Shown: piece after piece, positions 62,271-64,000 of the stretch | Numbering within the stretch: position 1 is the first letter of the stretch | Layout: each line of letters begins with the position of its first letter | NCBI RefSeq assembly: GCF_050320075.1 | Contig: NZ_CP190019.1 | Origin: Escherichia coli | Lineage (GTDB): Bacteria > Pseudomonadota > Gammaproteobacteria > Enterobacterales > Enterobacteriaceae | Length of the DNA: 64,000 nt | Strand: one strand, 5' to 3' | The notes under the pieces: model-generated | Seen by the model: the letters and a program-made list of their open reading frames with translations, nothing else | What the model was told of the DNA's origin: nothing | The model's database searches: none | Position numbers and translations under genes: made by a program

Positions 62271-63150
62271 GGCTCTGTTGCAAAAATCGTGAAGCTTGAG
62301 CATGCTTGGCGGAGATTGGACGGACGGAACGATGACGGATTTCAAGTGGCGCCATTTCCAGGGTGATGTGATCCTGTGGGCGGTGCGCTGGTATTGTCGC
62401 TATCCGATCAGCTATCGCGACCTTGAGGAAATGCTGGCGGAACGCGGCATTTCGGTCGACCATACGACGATCTATCGCTGGGTCCAGTGCTACGCCCCGG
62501 AGATGGAGAAGCGGCTGCGCTGGTTCTGGCGGCGTGGCTTTGATCCGAGCTGGCGCCTGGATGAAACCTACGTCAAGGTGCGGGGCAAGTGGACCTACCT
62601 GTACCGGGCAGTCGACAAGCGGGGCGACACGATCGATTTCTACCTGTCGCCGACCCGCAGCGCCAAGGCAGCGAAGCGGTTCCTGGGCAAGGCCCTGCGA
62701 GGCCTGAAGCACTGGGAAAAGCCTGCCACGCTCAATACCGACAAAGCGCCGAGCTATGGTGCAGCGATCACCGAATTGAAGCGCGAAGGAAAGCTGGACC
62801 GGGAGACGGCCCACCGGCAGGTGAAGTATCTCAATAACGTGATCGAGGCCGATCACGGAAAGCTCAAGATACTGATCAAGCCGGTGCGCGGTTTCAAATC
62901 GATCCCCACGGCCTATGCCACGATCAAGGGATTCGAAGTCATGCGAGCCCTGCGCAAAGGACAGGCTCGCCCCTGGTGCCTGCAGCCCGGCATCAGGGGC
63001 GAGGTGCGCCTTGTGGAGAGAGCTTTTGGCATTGGGCCCTCGGCGCTGACGGAGGCCATGGGCATGCTCAACCACCATTTCGCAGCAGCCGCCTGATCGG
63101 CGCAGAGCGACAGCCTACCTCTGACTGCCGCCAATCTTTGCAACAGAGCC
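62271..63150 (+). mobile_element. IS6100 (IS6 family, 880 bp)
   Basis: IRs GGCTCTGTTGCAAA; transposase MTDFKWRHFQGDVILWAVRWYCRYPISYRDLEEMLAERGISVDHTTIYRWVQ…. Confidence 0.9.
62296..63096 (+). CDS. IS6100 transposase
   Basis: 266-aa ORF in the track (true start may be the internal Met of MTDFKW…). Confidence 0.9.
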   Translation: MSMLGGDWTDGTMTDFKWRHFQGDVILWAVRWYCRYPISYRDLEEMLAERGISVDHTTIYRWVQCYAPEMEKRLRWFWRRGFDPSWRLDETYVKVRGKWTYLYRAVDKRGDTIDFYLSPTRSAKAAKRFLGKALRGLKHWEKPATLNTDKAPSYGAAITELKREGKLDRETAHRQVKYLNNVIEADHGKLKILIKPVRGFKSIPTAYATIKGFEVMRALRKGQARPWCLQPGIRGEVRLVERAFGIGPSALTEAMGMLNHHFAAAA

Positions 63151-63588
63151 CGCCGTGCTAGTCTGCTCGGTGATGGTGGAGTGAAGCCAACCCGCAATCG
63201 GGTTATGAATCTGCATCGCGATTCGCAATCAGCTGTCTCTTGAGCATGTCGAACTCCTGCGATGTTATCTCGCCGTGCTCGTGCTGCTACACCAACTTGT
63301 CCAACTCATCCGCCACACCGCTCCCCACCACCTGCGATGGCCAGGTTGTTTGCTGGGCGCATTGGCGGAGTATCGTCTCGACCCGGGACACCCACACCGG
63401 CACAACCTTACGGGAGTGATTCACTGTCAAAGAATCGGCCCGGTGCTCTGACGCAAGTATCGGGATGGTCACCATTTGTAAGCCGTAGACCTGAGTGGTG
63501 ATCAAGACTTCGATACCACCGACCGTACCGGTACTAATCGACGACGGTCGTGTTCGTCGCCTGCCGCAGGGACTCTGCACACCTCCGT

Positions 63589-64000
63589 TTACGCATGTGC
63601 CTGGAGGAGTTGGAAATCGTCGTGTTCGGGAAACATTAAACACAGGATGGCAGCGATCTGAGCCAGCACATGATCAGCTAGCTCACCATCCGGATCGACG
63701 GCCCACTGCATCGTCGCGCCAGCGATGACCGAGTGCAGGAGCAACTCAGCTGCCGCAGGAGCACCTGGGGGCAGTCGCTTGCGGATCCCCTCCACCACCG
63801 CGCGGTTCCGCTGGATCGCAAGCGTGCGTAGCTCCGGCACCTGGAGCTCGTACCAGGAGATGAGATAGTTCACCGAGAAGTCGTTGCGAGTGTTCATGCT
63901 CCGAACGAGCACCTGCAAAAATTCCCAGAGCCCTTGCGGCCCTGCGCCTATCGGTATCGCATTCAGGTAATGCCGCACCTGCTCGACGCCGCGCTCCATC
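63589..64000 (-). CDS. mphR(A): MphR(A), TetR-family repressor of the mph(A) macrolide operon, 3' part (runs off window edge)
   Basis: …MERGVEQVRHYLNAIPIGAGPQGLWEFLQVLVRSMNTRNDFSV…FQLLQAHA*; context directly next to IS6100 as in the IS26-mph(A)-mrx-mphR(A)-IS6100 unit. Confidence 0.7.
   Translation of the reverse strand, partial: MERGVEQVRHYLNAIPIGAGPQGLWEFLQVLVRSMNTRNDFSVNYLISWYELQVPELRTLAIQRNRAVVEGIRKRLPPGAPAAAELLLHSVIAGATMQWAVDPDGELADHVLAQIAAILCLMFPEHDDFQLLQAHA

Overview
This window reads as an accessory-rich segment of a large IncF (RepFIB) ColV/ColBM-type virulence-resistance plasmid from Enterobacteriaceae, most plausibly E. coli. All calls come from reading the supplied ORF translations and DNA motifs from memory; no database search or computation was run. 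Left third: RepFIB repA with iterons, int, mig-14-like, hlyF, ompT, then an IS-riddled stretch (an IS629-like element split by a group II intron, two non-identical IS1, an IS2 carrying an 8-bp insertion, several IS remnants), iss and the salmochelin locus iroBCDEN. Middle: degenerate colicin loci (cvi with IS1-truncated cvaC; cbi-cma-cmi with cba reduced to a 3' stub), followed by a poorly characterised block: a tyrosine-recombinase operon with two unknown genes, a 1273-aa KAP-family transmembrane P-loop NTPase, a palindrome-flanked 160-aa ORF, a DEDDh exonuclease and a ParE/RelE-like toxin whose antitoxin is cut by a Tn21-family transposon end. Right third: a multiresistance region on a Tn21/Tn1721-like backbone with a nested Tn3 fragment, four IS26 (two intact, two sharing a frameshifted allele), oqxAB-oqxR, a class 1 integron (dfrA12-gcuF-aadA2-qacEdelta1-truncated sul1), IS6100 and the 3' end of mphR(A). 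The best candidate for an undescribed system is the KAP NTPase gene (38790..42611) with its neighbouring membrane protein and shared palindromic sites; this is a hypothesis, not a demonstrated function.
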